Part shown: in pieces, positions 1 to 12,019 of the stretch
How the letters are laid out: the number at the start of each line of letters is the position of its first letter
How positions within the stretch are numbered: the stretch's first letter is position 1
Source of the DNA: Octopus sinensis
Lineage: Eukaryota
Reading direction: 5' to 3'
NCBI RefSeq assembly: GCF_006345805.1
Contig: NC_043000.1
Coordinates: forward strand, 13,206,001-13,270,000
DNA: 64,000 bases
Program-made: the position numbers and the translations under genes
The notes under the pieces: model-generated
Told to the model about the DNA's origin: nothing
Database searches by the model: none
Seen by the model: only the letters and a program-made list of their open reading frames with translations

Positions 1-1290
1 TTATGGGTGATGATGAACTGAGACTACGGCTTCTACAGCATTTGCAGTACCAGAACAGACGTGATCGTCCTTTGTTATGCACGTTTCCCTGTATCATGTT
101 TCCTTGATGGGGCTACAGTCCTGGATCAAGAGTGGTAGCCCATTATATGGAAAGCTGTTAGGCACTCAGAGTCAGATAACGTCCCCGATGGAAATTCCAC
201 ATTAGCAATCCATAGAGGATCAGAAATGGAAAGAGCGATAATGTCCACGGAGAAACTCTGAGCAATGATGAGAATGAAGTAGTTGATCTGTTCTAGACTT
301 CCATCAGCCTGCGGTCTATAAACAACTTGTAGAAATTCCCTGGGATGACCGTGCTACTGAAGAGCATTACCAGTTCTATATAAATTGTCCGTGATGCACG
401 TAGAGCGACAAAAATGCTCTGCACACATTCGTTCATTTTCTGAACAATACTAAATTATGGAGTTTTGTCGAATATTCGTTATTTTGTGGAGGACATATGC
501 AGCTACTGGCCGAGTTTATCGTGAAGATTACCACGTCGAATTATTTTCGCTTAGTGGCTTTAACAAAGTGATTGTACAGTATACATGACCTAAAGAAACA
601 GAGAAAGACACTTCCCTCTTTTGTCAAGCCCTCATTGGCTTTTTCCAATTTTGATTAAAGAGGAAGCTGATAGTGAAGCAGGAGGTGCTTCTCTCCAGCA
701 AATTTTCTGAAAGGTGGATGGCCTCAGCATGCACAAATTGGCTGGAGAATATAAGGGAGAGAAGGTATTTTCCTTTGGCTGTCATGGTAATCTTCTTGGG
801 TTTGTGAAATACGTAAATTAACTCTAGGTAGAGACTCTTCTCGTTTGGGACTGTCACCCAATTGTCCTCACTTTATTTTCCATCTTTCTATTGTTCTCTC
901 AACTGTTACTTGTGCATCCAGTCTTACATCCAGTCATGGGCACTGCATTATGTCATGTTTGATACACTTAAACTTTCAAATAATCTAGTTAGTCTACATG
1001 TATCAAAAGTTATGCAAAAGGAACAGACAAGGGACATCTCACCAGATAGGAGTGAGAAGCTGGCACCAAGGTACCCTATGGCAACGATCATCCTTCGTCC
1101 CGTTCCCCTTTCTTAAACTGAGTCCTCCCTATTTTCTGAATACACTTCTATATATCTTGCCCTGTCGAGGAAACATACCTTCTGGCATAGATAGGTCTTG
1201 GCCACTTGAAAGTGGAACCAGTGGTTCGTTAGTGACTTACAGTACTGAGTTCATCTTCTTTTGTGTGCGTGGTGGATTGGTAGAATAGCT
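1..1290 (-). mobile_element. Possible highly decayed LINE (endonuclease-like) remnant
   Basis: Non-microsatellite sequence. Minus-strand translations are stop-ridden but contain weak APE-like fragments (LQVVYRP, ISIGDV, HLSENLLERS). No diagnostic motif is intact. Confidence 0.2.
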
Positions 1291-1489
1291 TTGATATGTT
1301 GAACAAAATGCCTTGTGATTATATATTTACGGATCTTCATGCTTTGATATCAAGCCACATTGATTTGCCTTTCATCCTCCAGGGCGGATTAAATAAAACA
1401 CCAATTGAATGTACTAGAGTCGATGTAATTCACTAACCCACTTCCCCTAACATTGGTGACCTCGTGCCAAAATTTGAAGCAATTATTCT

Positions 1490-1705
1490 CGTTGGACAAA
1501 ATGCTTCGTTGCCACACCATACAAAATGCTTAACGGGATTTCTTCCGGCACTTTACGTTTCGAGTTCAAGTTTCACCTAAGTCGTCTATGCCTTTGATCC
1601 TTTTCAGGTCAATAAAATCAGTACCAGTGAAGTGCTGGGATCGACATAATCAACTAACTCCCATCCCCCAAAATATCAGGCCTTGTACCTATAGTAGAAA
1701 GGATG
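1490..1705 (+). mobile_element. SINE family A, diverged copy
   Basis: B-box-like GAGTTCAAGTTT, the family core (gcctttgatcctttt...gtaccagt...gggatcgac) and a tail running into (TTA)n. Confidence 0.7.
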
Positions 1706-1752
<47 letters not shown>

Positions 1753-1904
1753 GTAGAGTGAGAGAGAACAGTGCATGCCATCAAAGTGACACTGGGGTAA
1801 AATATACGAAGCCCAAAACACCAATGATGACAACTTGTCTGATGAGGGTACACCAGGTGCATGCATCACAACCACATGTGCGTGACATGACATGATGATC
1901 TCAT

Positions 1905-2127
1905 ATTTGTATATGTTTGTGTGACAGTGTTTGTCCTCCCGCCAACATCGCTTGACAACCGATGCTGGTGTGTTTACGTCCCCGTAACCTAGCAGTTCGG
2001 CAAAAAGAGACCGATAGAATAAGTACTAGGCTTACAAAAGAATAAGTCCTGCGGGCGGATCGATTTGCTCGACTAAAAGGCGGTGCTCCAGCATGGCCGC
2101 AGTCAAATGACTGAAACAAGTAAAAGA
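1905..2127 (+). mobile_element. SINE family B, 3' half
   Basis: Matches the other family B copies (catcgcttgacaaccgatgctggtgtgtttacgtccccgtaa...gactgaaacaagtaaaaga). Confidence 0.85.
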
Positions 2128-2361
2128 TATTTCTTTATTGCCCACAAGGGGCTAAACATAGAGGGAACAAACAAGGACAGACAAAGGGATAAAGTCGATT
2201 ACATCTACCCCAGTGAGTAACTGGTACTTAATTTATCGACCCCGAAAGGATGAAAGGCAAAGTCGACCTCGGCGGAATTTGAACTCACAACATAGCGGCA
2301 GACGAAATACGGCTACGCATTTCGTCCGGCGTGCTAAAGCTTCTGCCAGCTCACCGCCTTC
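2128..2361 (-). mobile_element. SINE family A inserted into the tail of a family B SINE
   Basis: Full tRNA-like head at 2361. 13-bp TSD aacaagtaaaaga at 2115-2127 and 2362-2374. Confidence 0.9.
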
Positions 2362-2722
2362 AACAAGTAAAAGAGTAAAAAGAGAGTAAAGAGTATAGCA
2401 GAAAGGATTATCATTATCATTATTAACATACAATTTAGGACACATGATTTCGTTTTGATTTAGCTGTTATGATAGTTAATACGGATGCTAATTTAATCCA
2501 GTATTAGCACCGGCAAAATCCTGATTCATTTGTTTGTTTGTTTGTTTGAAGAGAGAAAAGTATAAATTAGTTTAGTGTTTGTGCGAAAATACTTTCCATC
2601 AATATATTTAATTAGCAATTAATATATGTCATTAAAGTTTCCTTGGCAGCATTCCGACCAGATGTCTTACTCTTTAACTCTGTAAGCATTCTTGTAACTC
2701 TATTACCAAATCAGTTGATCGG

Positions 2723-2858
2723 AAGAAGAAGAAGAAGAAGAAGAAGAAGAAGAGAAGAAGAAGAGAAGAAGAAGAAGAAGAAGAAGAGAAGAAGAAGAAG
2801 AAGAAGAAAGAAGAGAAGAAGGAGGAGGAGGAGGAGAAGAAGAAGAAGAAAAGAATGA
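2723..2858. repeat. (GAA)n/(GGA)n purine microsatellite
   Basis: Direct reading. Confidence 0.95.
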
Positions 2859-3089
2859 AAATAAAAGTGAAAACAAATAATAATCTTGACACCAATAGGA
2901 GTGCTTTTGGCACTAAAATTAACTTCATGACCGTGGTCATTAAAAGGTCAAGACCACTATTCCAATTTGGACGCTTTCCATATTTGGAACTAACAAGGGT
3001 GGATACAGGACAAATAATATGAGGTCTCTTTTGATCAGACAACCAGGATCTATATTTTTAGAGGTTGGATAAGTATGTGTCTGTCAGTG

Positions 3090-3630
3090 AGTGTTTATGT
3101 ATGTGTGTGTGTATGTATGTATGTATGTATGTGTGTGTGTATGTATGTACGTACGTACGTATGTATGTAAGTATGTATGCATGTATGAATGTGTGTATTA
3201 TGTATGTATGTATGTATGTATGTATGTGTGTATGTGTAAGTATGTATGTATGTATGAATGTATGCATGTATGCATGTATGAATGTGTGTATTATGTATGT
3301 ATATATATATGTAAGTATGTACGTATGTACGAATGTATGCATGCATGTATGATTGTGTGTATTATGTATGTATATATGTGCATGTATGTATGTATAATTG
3401 TGTATATTATGTATGTATATATGTGCATGTATGTATGTATGCATGTATGTATGTATGTATGTATGTATGTATGTATGTATGTATGTATGTATGTATGTAT
3501 GTATGTATGTATGTATGTATGTATGTACGTATGTATGTATGTATGCATGTATGCATGTATGAATATATGTATGTATATATGTATGCATATATGTATGTAT
3601 GCATGTATGTGTGTGTGTATGTATGTATGT
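3090..3630. repeat. (TATG)n compound microsatellite
   Basis: Direct reading. Confidence 0.95.
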
Positions 3631-4074
3631 TGTTATTCAGTTTTATTTCAAAATTTCTTGCCAATAAAAATCCGGTTTCTAACCTAGATCCGAGGCGCTT
3701 TCATGGGAATTTCAACGACATAGACAGTGTATTTTTGCATGTATGTATGTATGTGTATATATGCAATATTTGGAGTCAGTCCACGTGGAGATTAGTACGT
3801 TATGTTTCATGTATGTATGCATGTAGTTGCATGACTAGACATGTGCACTTAAATGGTAACTTCTAGAAAGTTCCAGTAATGGCTTGGATTTATAGTTTTC
3901 GAGTCATCCTTCTCCTTTCTGGTTTTGAGAAGCCTAATTTCTCAAGACTGGCACTTAGGTGGTGTGTACGTACGTATGTATGTATGTATGTATGTATGTA
4001 TGTATGTATGTATGTATGTATGTATGTATGTATGTATGTATGTATGTATGTATGTACGTACGTACGTATGTATG

Positions 4075-4105
<31 letters not shown>

Positions 4106-4333
4106 GCAAATGCGTGTGTCTTTGTGACTGTATTTGTCTCTCGCTGCTTTACAAGCGGTGTTGGTTTATTTACTTCCTCGTAACTTAACTGTTCGGCATT
4201 AAGAATCGGATAGACTAAGAAACAAATTATAAAGAAATACTAGGCTCAAAACATTGCAACAAATAATAGACTATACCACAGTACACTGGCTGTAACTAGT
4301 AAAACAGCATATGTGATCCGTATTCGAATACAC

Positions 4334-4652
4334 CAGTGTTTCTCAACCGGGGTCCATATGGCCCCTGAGGATCCATATAAAATTTTGCGAGGGTTCACAC
4401 AACAATATAGTTAATTGGAGATCCACAATAGCATTTTAAGGACCCGAGAAAAATGTTTGCTTTAGATGTATGTATTAGTATCTATAGCAAGAAACAACTG
4501 GGTTTTTTTTCTCTAACATTTTACGTAATTCAACTTCCATAAGTGAATGTGTGTAAAACAAAATATGAATCTTGAAAGAAGTTTCGGGAATCCAGCAGAA
4601 TAAAATAGTAATCAAAGGGTTCCATAGATTAAAAAATGACTGAGAACCACTG
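4334..4652. mobile_element. hAT (Charlie/Buster-like) MITE
   Basis: TIRs CAGTGTTTCTCAA / TGAGAACCACTG. Flanking 8-mers gaatacac and gtatatac (6/8 match) fit an 8-bp hAT TSD. Confidence 0.8.
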
Positions 4653-4838
4653 GTATATACCTTTTGCCACTAACCCAATATAGTCTTGTTGTTGTCATCG
4701 TCTCTGTTCCCTTTGCTACTTAAGTTTTGGTGAACCCCGGTCAGTTGGTGACCCTGTATAAATTTCTGTTGCGTAATTGCATAATACTGTTTCGTCCTAC
4801 CCCTGCAGGATATATATATCAGACAAGGCATAAATAAT

Positions 4839-5057
4839 CATTTCTATTACATGCACAAGGCCTGAAGTTTTTGGGGGTTGAGGGGATTAATCGATTACAT
4901 CGACTCCAGAATCTCCCTGGTACTTAATTTATTGAAATGATGAAAAGCAAAGTCGACCTTGGCCGAATTTGAACTTGGGTTCAAATATAAGCGACAGGCG
5001 AAAACAGAGCTAAGCATTTCGTCCAGCGTGTTAACGACACTGCCAGCTCACCGCCTT
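4839..5057 (-). mobile_element. SINE family A, full length
   Basis: Head aaggcggtgagctggcag on the minus strand. 18-bp TSD agacaaggcataaataat at 4821-4838 and 5058-5075. Confidence 0.9.
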
Positions 5058-5416
5058 AGACAAGGCATAAATAATGTCATTACATTTTTTTTTATTGTAA
5101 TACATTTGACTTACAGCTGTTTCATTATAGGATCATTATTGATTGATTCACTCAATCGGCCCATTGATCAGTTGACATAATTGAACAACCTAGAGAATTA
5201 ATGCTACTCTTGTCAGAGTAATTTTATTCTGGTGATATATATATATTATATATATTATATATATTATATATATATATAATATAATATATATATATAACAA
5301 TTTAGGAGTGACCCTAACAGGTCATTCGTCCACCAGAAAGAGCAGCCATAACTCACACCGCCAAGTAGTAGTATTCAGAAATTAGGTGAAAATTTAAAAA
5401 CATTTACCCTAATTCA

Positions 5417-5518
5417 TCTTTTAGACGTTGCAACGTTTCTGTGTCATTAATGATTAAATTAGCTTAATTAAATTAAATTAAGCTAATCTACCATAGGTTA
5501 CACTTCATCAGTAAAAAA
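5417..5518 (-). ncRNA. Type I minimal hammerhead ribozyme, copy 1
   Basis: Minus strand reads UUUUUUA-CUGAUGA-A-GUGU...ACAC-A-GAAAC-GUUGCAAC-GUC/UAAAAGA. Stem I has 7 pairs (one G-U), stem III is the 12-nt palindrome ACGUUGCAACGU, and the stem II insert holds a 12-bp perfect hairpin (5457-5487). Predicted cut between 5424 and 5423. Confidence 0.85.
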
Positions 5519-5888
5519 CCTGGGAGAGACAAATATACACGAGGCGTCTGTATCGATGCCTACGAATATCTGTCTTAAAATTTTCAAGACTGACGTATTC
5601 GCGCCAAACTTATCAGCAGTAAATATAACTGCCGATTCAATCTCAGAATTATTCAGAAAATTATCAATTAGTCAATTTAGGGTAGCAAAAAAATTCAATA
5701 GAAATTTATCGCTACCAGCGGCCTGGTGGAAAAGAGAAAATAGTCATCGACTAAATATATAAATATAACAATTTAGGAGTGACCCTAGCAGGTCATTCGT
5801 CCACCAGAAAGAGCAGCCATAACTCACACCGCCAAGTAGTAGTAATTCAGAAATTAGGTGAAAATTTAAAAACATTTACCCTAATTCA

Positions 5889-5989
5889 TCTTTTAGACGT
5901 TGCAACGTTTCTGTGTCATTAATGATTAAATTAGCTAATTAAATTAAATTAAGCTAATCTACCATAGGTTACACTTCATCAGTAAAAAA
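5889..5989 (-). ncRNA. Type I minimal hammerhead ribozyme, copy 2
   Basis: Same core, stem I and palindromic stem III as copy 1. Predicted cut between 5896 and 5895. Confidence 0.85.
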
Positions 5990-6334
5990 CCTGGGAGAGA
6001 CAATATACACGAGGCGTCTGTATCGATGCCTACGGAATATCTGTCTTAAAATTTTCAAGACTGACGTATTCCGCGCCAAACTTATCAGCAGTAAATATAA
6101 ACTGCCGATTCAATCTCAGAATTATTCAGAAAATTATCAATTAGTCAATTTAGGGTAGCAAAAAAATTCAATAGAAATTTATCGCTACCAGCGGCCTGGT
6201 GGAAAAGAGAAAATAGTCATCGACTAAATATATAAATATAATATTTATATTTAGTCGATGACTATTTTCTCTTTTCCACCAGGCCGCTGGTAGCGATAAA
6301 TTTCTATTGAATTTTTTTGCTACCCTAAATTGAC

Positions 6335-6402
<68 letters not shown>

Positions 6403-6405
<3 letters not shown>

Positions 6406-6552
6406 AGAGTTTACGAAAAAAACAAAAGACGAAGACAGGTGGTGTACAAAACAAACAAATGTATTAGTATAACACTCAGGAATAGAAAAAGTCTTTTACG
6501 TTTCGAGCCTACTCTCTTCTACAGAAAGGGACACAGAAAAAAAACAGGAGAG

Positions 6553-6555
<3 letters not shown>
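6403..6555 (-). mobile_element. Short (TA)n-flanked module with minimal HHR-like motif (6493-6528)
   Basis: Minus strand reads CUUU-CUGUAGA-A-GAG(AGUAGG)CUC-GAAAC-GUA/AAAG. 4-bp stem I, ACGU palindrome, A6U core variant. Confidence 0.6.
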
Positions 6556-6624
<69 letters not shown>

Positions 6625-6821
6625 TATATATGTATGTATGTATATATATAGTTGGTAAATTTTTTGGACCACTCAATTTCGATGTATAAATATAGAAAAA
6701 TAGCATTCATTTCTTGGCAGAATGTAGTTTCAATCAACGGAAATGCAAATTACGGATCCGGAAGGTTTCCACTGCACCACTTTCCTCAACGAACGTTTAA
6801 GCAAACATATAAGTTATTATA

Positions 6822-7520
6822 TTAGGTTGTCACACATAAAATGTCGTATTTGAAAGTTAACAATAAAATGTTTCAGAAATGTTAGATAACTGATATATTT
6901 AATCAAAGTATGATCCATGTTCATTTATGACCTTTACCCAACGTTTCTCTAAGTCATATATTCCATCTTTAAAAAATTTTTATCTTCTTCGGTGATAAGC
7001 TGTCCGTATGCTTCAGTTACCCTCTTCTCTATTTAAGAATGTTTTATTGCGTATAAAATACTCAAAATGCTTAAATAAGTGATAATCCGTAGGAGAGATA
7101 TCAGGGGAATAGTTAGGAAGTTGCAAAATTTCATGATTCAGGCTTTGCAACTTTTGGACCGTAGCTTCAGAAGTGTGAGGACGTGCATTGTCGTGGAGCA
7201 AAATTGGGCCATTTCTATTCACTAGTTTGGGTTGCTTCTTTTTCAAATTCTCCTGCTGTTGTCAAAGAGTATCCATTTCTCATCACATGTAATGATTCGA
7301 TGCAAAAATGGTTCTTTTTCCAGTTGAGAAAGCAATACGGAGCACACTTCGAGGAGCCTGCTTTTTTTTTTTTAATCTCGTTCGGTTGATGTGGAATAAA
7401 CCTATCCATTTTCTTGACTTTTCCAATTTTTTTCAGGTGCAGAGAAATAGTTGTGAGAGATGTCTGGAGTCCTGATGAAAGTTTTTGGACCGTTGTTCTC
7501 GGATTTTGTTCAACCAAAAT
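6822..7520 (-). mobile_element. Mariner (DD34D-type) transposon, internally deleted and frameshifted 3' part
   Basis: Translations contain TCNEKW-like, HDNARPH and YSPDISPTDY mariner motifs. Terminus ta|TTAGGTTGTCACACATAAAATGTCG at 6820-6846. Confidence 0.9.
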
Positions 7521-7527
7521 ATTTAAT

Positions 7528-7635
7528 CACGACAATGCACGTCCTCACACTTCTCAAGCTACGGTCCAAAAGTTGCAAAGCCTGAATCATGAAATTTTGC
7601 AACTTCCTAACTATTCCCCTGATATCTCTCCTACG
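7528..7635 (+). repeat. Inverted duplication of mariner segment 7088-7195
   Basis: 108-bp reverse-complement match with one mismatch. Confidence 0.9.
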
Positions 7636-8279
7636 AACTGATTTTAGCCTCCCCATTTTCATTTCCTGATCCTGATCTTTAGAAACATCTCAGAACAATT
7701 TTGATGTCAATAAAACCATTACCAAAGGCCTGCTTGATATTTCATAAAGCTTCTGAATAAATAAATTGGAAGTAGTGGGACAGAGAGAAGGAAAAAAATA
7801 ACGGTGACTAAGGAAGGGGAAAATAACTGTATTTTTCTGCATTTTGTTATATAATTTTTTTTTCAAAAATATAAACAGTGTAATTTTTTTCGCTGTGATG
7901 AAGACACGGATAGTAAGTTCGAAGTTTCCAGAAGTTTCCAATAGTATGAAAAGTGAAATGCCACGAAGAATGTACTTCTAGATATTACTCTCCAAGAAAA
8001 TACAGGATGGTTATGATCGTGATGCCTCGATCAGGGCCGATTTGGAGATAACTAACAACAAAAAGTGCTTCTGTACCATATAGTCAACACAGCAAAGGCA
8101 TACATATGTATTTAGTCGAACTAGTGTCCTCATCTTGGTTGTTGTTTTCACAACATTTCTTTTGTGTACGCTCCAGTATTCAAGTCTGTTGTGATTCACC
8201 TTTGTGCCTTGTCTGGGATTGAATTCAAGATCTCTAGATAACTGCACTGCATTAACCAGCGCCTTTATCCTACAATCAT

Positions 8280-8490
8280 AGTGTAGTGGTTAAAGGCGCT
8301 ATTTAATGTAGTACAGTTACCTAGAAGTTCTGAGTTCAATTCCAGGCAAGATACTAAGTTGAATCATAACACTCCTGAAGAATGCTGAAATGTACACAAC
8401 AGAAACGTTGTGAAGGCAAGAATGAAGGTGAGGATATCATTCCAACTAATACATAATATAATTCCTCATCTCAGAAATATGGAATTATTA
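8280..8490 (+). mobile_element. tRNA-headed SINE with HHR-like 3' module (8371-8413). A diverged sister copy lies head-to-head at ~8100-8275 (-)
   Basis: A box TAGTGGTTAA and B box GAGTTCAATTCC, then CUGAAGA-A-UGCUG...CAACA-GAAAC-GUU/GUG. The inverted copy shares the head and the gtacac...gaaa.gttgtga tail. Confidence 0.6.
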
Positions 8491-8560
8491 AAGCATACTT
8501 CTTTTTCTCTCTATTTCTTCATATTCCCTTCTAGTATATTCTCTACCATCATACACTCTA

Positions 8561-8822
8561 TAATAAATATATAAATGCGCCCTTTTAAAGCCTAGCCAGG
8601 CTCATGGGCCCGGTTTCCCGGTTTCAATGGCGTATGTGTTCCCCAGCTGGACGGGACGCCAGTCCATCGCAGCGTTACTCATTTTTGCCAGCTGAGTGGA
8701 CTGGAGCAACGTGAAATGAAGTGTTTTGCTGAAGAACACAACGCGTCGCCCGGTCCAGGAATCGAAACCACAATCTTATGATCATGATGCTGACACCCTA
8801 ACCACTAAGCCACGCGCCTCCA
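8561..8822 (-). mobile_element. SINE family C, full length
   Basis: tRNA-like head gtggaggcgcgtggcttagtggttaggg and core gatggactggcgtcccgtccag. 14-bp TSD catcatacactcta at 8547-8560 and 8823-8836. Confidence 0.9.
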
Positions 8823-9825
8823 CATCATACACTCTAGCTTGCCATAAAAAAAAAAAAACGTACCTCTCTACTCCTTGCAGATTTTTCTGACATCTCCCCT
8901 TTACAAAAATAAATACGCGAAGAAAGTGACGCTTATCAGCATCACACATCACCACCTTTTAAAATACTCAACCTGCCATCATTTTTAATCATCCTCTTAC
9001 AAACGTATCTTTCGAGATCCCTCCATTTCCTCAATATACAAGAGCCAATCTCTACATGCCACACACTCACGGTTGCACCTCCTCTCCGACCACCACCACA
9101 TTCTTCTCCACTTGCTTTAGTTGCCCTCTTAACGATGCACTCTAAGATATTTGGTACTTTAATCCTCTCTAATACGTTATGAAATCCAATGGTACATAAC
9201 ATCGCAACAGTTAATGCTTTGATTATTTTTGGGTGCATAAGCAATAAACAACATAATCCTACTTAATCATCAGCCACCCACCACGAGAGATTAGATTTCT
9301 AGCAGTATTTCTATTATTTATATGTTTATGCTTTGTCATATTATTTTCTTATTCATAGGACTGTTGCTTAGGACTTTGCTGTAGTGCAGCAAATCCTATT
9401 TGTTGCTTCATGACCTAGCTTATATAATTTGTTGCATTAAAACTACTTGTTGCAACGTGTAATAAAAGCAACTGTGTGATAGTCATTGCAAGATAACGCC
9501 TGACTGTGCTACAGAGAAACCAGTCCATAAAGCTGTACACTGATGAATGTCATACGAACACCCGAGAACGTTTGAGCCTCACCAAACACTTGGTTTTATT
9601 TAGTGTACACAGAACAGCATAGCGGAGCCTCCACTTCGTGTCTGCGATCGAATTTGAACTCGGGACTGTAAACTGACTTAAAATAAAACCTTAATTACAC
9701 AATAGTTATCCAGTGCTCCCATAAGGAGTACTGGATAGCTATTAACAGCAATATAATTGAAAAAGCGTAAGTTAACTATTTTTGGTCATCATTATATTTC
9801 GGATTTTATTAAATCAATTCGACGT

Positions 9826-10030
9826 AAGACGGCGAGCTGGCAGAATCATTAGCCGTTTGGAGAAAATGCTTAGCTGGATTTTGTCGACTTTTTTTTTTAC
9901 TTTCTGAGCTGAAATCTCATCAAGATCAATGTTACCTTTCACTCTTTCGGAGAGGATAAAATAACGTAGCAGTTGGGCACTGGTGCCAATGTAATCGATT
10001 TCCTTCTCTCTTTAACATTGTGACAAGATT
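9826..10030 (+). mobile_element. SINE family A, diverged
   Basis: Head ggcgagctggcagaatcattagc and decayed core. Confidence 0.75.
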
Positions 10031-10134
10031 AAAAAGAATTGTATCATTTCGACTATCTACAGTTTTCTGTAGCTCGACTAATTAGTTGCATTATGAGAGA
10101 CAAGCTCCCGGTCGTTTATGTCCATGATACACTA

Positions 10135-10272
10135 TCGAATTATTTTGTAGACTCCGAAAGGACGAAAAGCAAAGTCGACCTCAGCGGTATTTGAACTCAG
10201 AACGTAAAGGGATATCTAATACTGCTAAGCATTTTGTACGACCTACTAACGGTTCAGTCAGCTTGCCGCCTT
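10135..10272 (-). mobile_element. SINE family A, diverged, 5' part
   Basis: gcaaagtcgacctcagcggtatttgaactcagaacg on the plus strand. Confidence 0.75.
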
Positions 10273-10774
10273 GAGAGCGATATTAATAATGCAATTTAAT
10301 ACACATGTAAAGATGCACATGTAAAATACATGTGAAATTACAAAGATTAATTTGAAAAAATTTCAAATTTTTGCTTCTCATCCAAGGGTTTCGGATAGCA
10401 CATTCTCTTCGTCAGCGTAAAAGAATGACGTGGATTGCACAGCAGGATTGTTTCCACATATGGTTTACGTCGTTCCATGTTACTGAGAAGCTGGGGATGG
10501 ATGGGTGTGAATGTGAAGAAACATTTTTGCGTGGAAAGTTTCTTATGGCGAACATACGGAAAATAAACATAGAAGCCACATACGAAGCTGCTGGACTCGT
10601 ATCATATGTGAACGCACATGCGCGTACACACGCACACACAGACAGACATATACACAAGAAGATGGGAAAACGGTGCCTGGAAGAACGGCGACCGCAGCAT
10701 CGAACCAAGGAGCGGCTTCATCCGGGACTGCTGTCCCCTATTTTGACCTAGCCAGTTATTATCCTTTAGCTTTA

Positions 10775-11000
10775 TCATTTACTTGTTCAAGTCATTAGAC
10801 CGTGGTCATGCTGGGGCACCACCCTAAAGAATTTCATTCGAACGAATCGACCTCAGGACTTATTATTTTTGGAAAGCCTGGTACTTGTATCGGCTTGCTT
10901 TGCCGAACCGTTAGATTACGGGGACGTAAACACACCAACACCGGTTGTCAAGAGGTGTTGGGAATAAACACATACCCAAAGACACACACACACACAGCTA
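10775..11000 (-). mobile_element. SINE family B, 3' half
   Basis: Reverse complement of the family B tail. Confidence 0.8.
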
Positions 11001-11139
11001 TGTATCTTACTTAATGCAATGTATAGACACAATCGATAGGGCCACTTATGAAAAAATTCCCCCAAAAAGCCGAAATGCACCTGACGCTCCCACTGCTTAC
11101 TACTGGGATGAATTTTCCTGTCTGTCAATCTGTCAACCA

Positions 11140-11189
<50 letters not shown>

Positions 11190-11195
<6 letters not shown>

Positions 11196-11525
11196 TAGCC
11201 TCGGGCCTATCAAAGCCTTGTGAGTGGATTTGGTAGACGGAAACTGAAAGAAGCCCGTCGTATATATGTATATATATATGTATGTTTGTGTGTGTGGTGT
11301 TGTGTGTGTGTGTATGTTTGTGTATCTGTGTTTGTCCCCCCAGCATCGCTTGACAACCGATGCTGGTGTGTTTACGTCTCCGTAAATTAGCGGTTCGGCA
11401 AAAGAGACTGATAGAATAAGTACTAGGCTTACAAAGAATAAGTCCTGGGCTCGATATGCCTGACTAAAGGCGGTGCTCCAGCATGGCCACAGTCAAATGA
11501 CTGAAACAAGTAACGGGTAAAGAGT
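11190..11525 (+). mobile_element. SINE family B, 5'-truncated
   Basis: tactatagcctcgggcc...gaaactgaaagaagcccgtcg, central microsatellite, conserved tail. Confidence 0.9.
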
Positions 11526-11547
11526 ATATATATAAACATACGTACGT

Positions 11548-11590
<43 letters not shown>

Positions 11591-12019
11591 CACACACACA
11601 CATACTACATGCACATACATTCATGTTTGTATGTTTATATGTATATTTTATCATCATCATCATCATCATCAAGCCTTGCCTTCGCAAAACAAGGATTTGA
11701 TAAGTTGAGTGTCCGTGCCTTTCAGAATTTCGTTTATGGGCGCGGGCGTGGCTGAATGGTAAGAAGTTTGCTCCCCAATCATATGGTTCCAGGTTCAATC
11801 CCACTGCGTGGCACTCTTCTACTATAGCCACGCAGTTTTCTATTGATATTAACTCTCTTCCTCCTTCCTTTCCATGTACGAATAATCTTGGTCCTCTGCC
11901 CTTTGGTGGAATTCTCCATTCATATTGAATTTTCTTCCTAGATTTGCTAATTCAGTTTTTGACGAAAAGCTGCTGAATATTTAAGTAATAATAATAATAA
12001 TAATAAACATTGTGTACAG

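Larger units (their letters stand above)
5292..6336 (-). mobile_element. Tandem ~472-nt hammerhead-containing repeat (Penelope pLTR-like / retrozyme-like) with inverted terminal copy, in (TA)n
   Basis: Two head-to-tail units (offset 471-473 nt), each with one HHR. 6246-6336 is the reverse complement of 6142-6232. (TA)n tracts lie on both sides. Confidence 0.8.

Noticed and set aside
8942-9244. 100-aa minus-strand ORF
   Set aside because: No recognisable domain or splice signals. Possibly a decayed LINE but unsupported.
9538-9580. CTGATGA followed by GAAC/GAGAACG
   Set aside because: No valid stem II or GAAA box.
10375-10420. Minus-strand CUGACGA...GAAAC spacing
   Set aside because: Stem II does not pair, there is no GUH triplet, and no stem I.
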